A stretch of DNA of 64,000 nt from Spirochaetia bacterium (lineage in GTDB: Bacteria; Spirochaetota; Spirochaetia; SZUA-6; Bin103). The notes beneath the pieces are model-generated. The model made no database searches and was not told the origin of the DNA. It was given only the letters and a program-made list of their open reading frames with translations. Shown here one piece after another: positions 60,390 through 64,000 of this stretch. The stretch covers positions 3,808,001 to 3,872,000 of the forward strand of contig OZ241863.1 in the NCBI GenBank assembly GCA_965203055.1. The letters run 5' to 3'. The number at the start of each line of letters is the position of its first letter. Positions within the stretch are counted from its first letter, which is position 1. The position numbers and the translations under genes are program-made.

Positions 60390-61745
60390 ATGCCCGTTGC
60401 CGCCGCCGCTACCGGAGTAACCATCGACTCGCTCGTTGCCGAGTACCGCGCCCGCAACGCGGCTTCCTGCGCACTGTTCCGGCGCGCGCAGGCGGTGCTG
60501 CCCGGGGGCAACACCAGAACCGGCGTGTTCGTGGATCCGTTTCCGCTCTACGTCGACCGCGCCGCGGGGGTGGAGCTGGTCGACGTGGACGGCAACCGCC
60601 GCCTGGACTTCGTCAACAACGCCAGCGCCCTGATCCTGGGCCACGCCCACCCCGCGGTAGTGGCGGCCATCGCGCAGCAGGCCGGGCGCGGCACCGCCTA
60701 CTTCGCGCCCGGTCCCCCGGAGGTGGAGCTGGCCGAGCTGCTCGCCGAGCGCATCCCGTCGCTGGAGCGGCTGCGGTTCTGCAGCTCCGGCACCGAAGCG
60801 GTGCTGGGCGCCCTGCGCGCCGCCCGCGCCTTTACCGGGCGGCCCATGATCGCCAAGTTCGAAGGCGCCTACCACGGCATCGACGACCCGGCGCTGATCA
60901 GCTACCTGCCGCCGCCGGGTCCCGCCCTCGGTCCGGCGACCCGGCCGCGGCCAATCCCGGCGTCCGCCGGACTCGCTCCCGGCACCGCCGAGCAGGTACT
61001 GGTACTGCCGTTCAACGACGCCGCCGCGTGCGCCGCGCTGCTGCGCGAGCACGCCGAGCGGCTGGCCGCGGTGATCGTCGATCCGCTGTCCACCGCGGCC
61101 GGGCTCACCCTGCCGGCGCCCGGCTTCCTGGAGACCCTGCGCCGCCTCACCGGCGAGCTGGGCATCGTGCTGATCTTCGACGAGGTGGTGAGCTTCCGCG
61201 CCGGAGCGGGCGGCGCCCAGGGCCGGTTCGGGGTGCGGCCCGATCTGACCTGTCTGGCGAAGGTGGTGGCCGGCGGCACCCCCGGCGGAGCGTTTGGCGG
61301 CCGGGCCGACATCATGGCGCTGTACGACCCCACCGACGGGGCGCCGGCGATTCCCCAATCCGGCACCTACAACGGCAATCCGATCGTCATGGCAGCCGGC
61401 CTGGCGACGCTGCGCGTCATGACACAGGCCGCGTACCGCTCCCTCGACGAGCGCACCGGCCGCCTCGGCGCCGGGCTGCAGCGGGCGTTCGACGCCGCCG
61501 GAGTGCCTGCCAGCGTGGTCACCGCCGGCTCCCTGTTCCAGTTCTACTTCCTGCCGCAGCCGCCGCGCAACTATCGCGAGGCGGCGCAGGATGACGCCGC
61601 CCGCCAGCGCTGGCTCTACTTCCGGTTGATGAACCGCGGCGTCGTGACCCGGCGCGGCGGGAACGTGTCGCTGCCGATGGAGGAGCGCCACCTCGACCGC
61701 CTGCTGGAGGAAGTGAGCGCCGCCCTGCGCCTCCTGCCGCGCTGA
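60390..61745 (+). CDS. class III aminotransferase (glutamate-1-semialdehyde aminomutase-like)
   Basis: GGAGG RBS; SSGTEA, FEGAYHG, FDEV, LAKVVAGG, SGTYNGNP. Confidence 0.9.
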   Translation: MPVAAAATGVTIDSLVAEYRARNAASCALFRRAQAVLPGGNTRTGVFVDPFPLYVDRAAGVELVDVDGNRRLDFVNNASALILGHAHPAVVAAIAQQAGRGTAYFAPGPPEVELAELLAERIPSLERLRFCSSGTEAVLGALRAARAFTGRPMIAKFEGAYHGIDDPALISYLPPPGPALGPATRPRPIPASAGLAPGTAEQVLVLPFNDAAACAALLREHAERLAAVIVDPLSTAAGLTLPAPGFLETLRRLTGELGIVLIFDEVVSFRAGAGGAQGRFGVRPDLTCLAKVVAGGTPGGAFGGRADIMALYDPTDGAPAIPQSGTYNGNPIVMAAGLATLRVMTQAAYRSLDERTGRLGAGLQRAFDAAGVPASVVTAGSLFQFYFLPQPPRNYREAAQDDAARQRWLYFRLMNRGVVTRRGGNVSLPMEERHLDRLLEEVSAALRLLPR

Positions 61746-61748
61746 CTG

Positions 61749-62507
61749 CTACGCTTCGATCTGCTCGGTCACCGCCATGCGGATCATCTCCAGCATGAAC
61801 GCGATGAACGCCGTGCTCTCGCCCGCCGCCGAACTTTGCCGGATGGCGGCGTAGTAGGCGCTCTGCCGCGCGTGCACCATGCTCTCTACGGGCAGGTGAG
61901 CGAACAGCTCCCGCCAGCGGGTCAGAATGAGCGTCTGCCACAGCCGGCCCAGGCGCCCGTTGCCGTCGTCGAACGGATGGATGAACTCGAATTCGTAGTG
62001 GAACACCGAGCTGGCGATCAGCGGATGTTCGCCGGCGGCGCCCAACCACTGCAGCAGGTTGGCCATCAACTGCGGTACGCGCGCCGCCGGCGGCCCGACG
62101 TGGTGCACTCCTTCCGGTCCCGCCACCATCACCCCGCCGCGGCGATAGCGCCCCGGCGCATCCAGCAAACCGGCCATCAGCACGTGGTGGGCAGCCAACA
62201 GATCGGCTTGGCTGGCCGGGTCCCACTCCTGGTACGCGTCGTACGCCTTGATGGCGTTGCGCGCCTCCTGTATCTCGCGCAGCGGTCCGACTACCGGCTT
62301 GCCGTCGAGCAGGGTGGCCACCTGCCGCCGGCTCAGGGTATTGCCCTCGATTGCCAACGAACCCTGGATCGTGCGGATGCGGTTGATGCGCCGCAGCCGC
62401 AGGTCCCCGGCCATGCCGGCAGCCTCCGCCCGCCCGAGACCCTCGCCGATCCGCTCCACCAGCGACACGATCTCGGGCGTGATCCGGTACGGGGGCGGCT
62501 CGTCCAT
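61749..62507 (-). CDS. Fic family protein (class II, internal inhibitory helix)
   Basis: HPFDDGNGRLGR catalytic motif; N-terminal SLAIEGN inhibitory motif. Confidence 0.92.
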   Translation of the reverse strand: MDEPPPYRITPEIVSLVERIGEGLGRAEAAGMAGDLRLRRINRIRTIQGSLAIEGNTLSRRQVATLLDGKPVVGPLREIQEARNAIKAYDAYQEWDPASQADLLAAHHVLMAGLLDAPGRYRRGGVMVAGPEGVHHVGPPAARVPQLMANLLQWLGAAGEHPLIASSVFHYEFEFIHPFDDGNGRLGRLWQTLILTRWRELFAHLPVESMVHARQSAYYAAIRQSSAAGESTAFIAFMLEMIRMAVTEQIEA

Positions 62508-62608
62508 TGGCGCCGCATGGTAGCGGCCGGGCGGGAATTGACAAGCGCCGGGCTTTACGCGACGGTTGAACGTGGCGCCGCCCACGGCGCCGGATGATTA
62601 GTCAGACC

Positions 62609-64000
62609 ATGTCCTTCGATCCCCGCAACCTGCCCCGGCACTACGACGCCGCCAGCCGGGAGCAGCACTTCCGCCGCTGGTGGGAGCAGGCCGGCGTGTA
62701 CCGCTACGATCCGAACCACCGCCGCGACCAGGCGTTCGTGGTGGACACGCCGCCGCCCACGGTGTCCGGGTCGCTGCACGTCGGCCACGTGTTCAGCTAC
62801 ACCCAGGCCGACGTCGTCACCCGTTACCAGCGCATGCTGGGCAAGCGGGTGTTCTACCCCATGGGGTGGGACGACAATGGGCTGCCCACCGAGCGGCGGG
62901 TCCAGAACTACTTTCACGTGCGCTGCGATCCGAGCCGCCCCTACGAGCCGGGCCTGGAGCTGCCAATGGCGACCGGCAAGGCGTTCAAGTCGCCGCCGCG
63001 CGCCGTGTCGCGGCGCAACTTCATCGAGCTGTGCGCCCTGGTGACGCGCGAAGATGAGCGGGCGTTCCAGCGCGTGTGGCAGACCATCGGCCTGTCGGTG
63101 GACTGGAACGAGGAGTACGCCACCATCGGCGACGCGAGCCGCCACCTGGCGCAGTACAGCTTCCTGGACCTCTACCGCAAGGGCCACCTGTACACCGCCG
63201 AGGCGCCCACCATGTGGGACGTGGACTTCCGCACCGCCGTCGCCCAGGCCGAGGTGCAGGACCGCCCCACCCCCGGCCACTACCACGACATCGCCTTCGC
63301 CGTGGAGGGGAGCGCGCGGGAACTGGTAATCTCCACCACTCGTCCGGAGCTGCTCGCCGCCTGCGTGGGCGTGGCCGCTCATCCCGCGGACGCCCGCTAC
63401 CGCGACCTGTTCGGCAAGCGCGCCGTCACGCCCCTGTTCCGCGCCCGGGTGCCGATCTTCGCCACCGAGCTGGCCGACCCCGACAAGGGCACCGGCATCC
63501 TGATGGTGTGCACCTTCGGCGACACGACCGACGTCCACTGGTGGCAGGAGCAGCGCCTTCCGCTGCGCCAGATCCTCGGCCGCGACGGGCGCCTGCAGCC
63601 GGTCACCTTCGGGCGCGGCGTGTGGGACAGCGCCGACCCGGCCGCGGCCAACCGCTGCTACGCCGAGTTGGCCGGCAAGAACCTGCGCCAGGCGCGGGCC
63701 GCCACCGTGGCCCGGCTCCGCCGCCCCGAGGCCGCCGCGGGCGGCGCGCAGCCGCCCCTGCGCGGCGACCCGCGGCCCATCGAGCACACCGTCCGCTACT
63801 ACGAGCAGGGCGACCGCCCGCTGGAGTTCATCACCACCCGCCAGTGGTTCGTGCGCCTCACCGACAAGCGCCGGGAGCTGATCGAACGCGGGCGGGAAAT
63901 CCAGTGGCACCCCGGCTACATGCTGAGCCGCTACGTCAACTGGACCGAGAACCTGCAGTTCGACTGGTGCATCAGCCGCCAGCGCTACTTCGGCGTGCCG
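62609..64000 (+). CDS. valS: valine--tRNA ligase (actinobacterial/archaeal type), runs off the window edge
   Basis: Absent from the ORF track. Manual translation gives DTPPPTVSGSLHVGH, GWDDNGLPTER, STTRPEL, GTGILMVCTFGD, DWCISRQRYFG. Confidence 0.95.
   Translation, partial: MSFDPRNLPRHYDAASREQHFRRWWEQAGVYRYDPNHRRDQAFVVDTPPPTVSGSLHVGHVFSYTQADVVTRYQRMLGKRVFYPMGWDDNGLPTERRVQNYFHVRCDPSRPYEPGLELPMATGKAFKSPPRAVSRRNFIELCALVTREDERAFQRVWQTIGLSVDWNEEYATIGDASRHLAQYSFLDLYRKGHLYTAEAPTMWDVDFRTAVAQAEVQDRPTPGHYHDIAFAVEGSARELVISTTRPELLAACVGVAAHPADARYRDLFGKRAVTPLFRARVPIFATELADPDKGTGILMVCTFGDTTDVHWWQEQRLPLRQILGRDGRLQPVTFGRGVWDSADPAAANRCYAELAGKNLRQARAATVARLRRPEAAAGGAQPPLRGDPRPIEHTVRYYEQGDRPLEFITTRQWFVRLTDKRRELIERGREIQWHPGYMLSRYVNWTENLQFDWCISRQRYFGVP

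Overview
A very GC-rich bacterial chromosomal segment with no rRNA and no CRISPR. The gene mix (GAF-PtsP, type-2 IleRS and ValRS, many PIN/RelE/Fic/Uma2/AAA-DUF4143 genes, a proteusin-type precursor) resembles uncultured marine or host-associated lineages; this is a guess, not shown by the sequence. The backbone is housekeeping and catabolic: ileS, nfo, manA, ptsP, rbsK, valS, ABC transporters and dehydrogenases. It is interrupted by several visibly more AT-rich inserts. Four loci stand out. (1) A 4.3 kb phage-like island (about 9.7-14.0 kb) in which short genes are preceded by anticodon-less mini-tRNA-like elements (closing stem + GG-loop hairpin + TTCGA T-arm), plus one near-complete tRNA-Pro and an IS4 insertion. 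(2) A two-gene RiPP locus: an NHLP-leader precursor with core FSWDNVGW and a putative ABBA-type peptide prenyltransferase (48.6-50.1 kb). (3) A translationally coupled HATPase kinase-STAS-PIN cassette inserted inside a sugar operon (55.5-57.3 kb). (4) An IleRS2 carrying the non-canonical GVHH signature associated with mupirocin hyper-resistance. Several 1-2 bp frameshifts, some in homopolymer or dinucleotide runs, suggest assembly indels, so pseudogene calls are provisional. All family assignments come from recognising motifs by eye; no database search was run.
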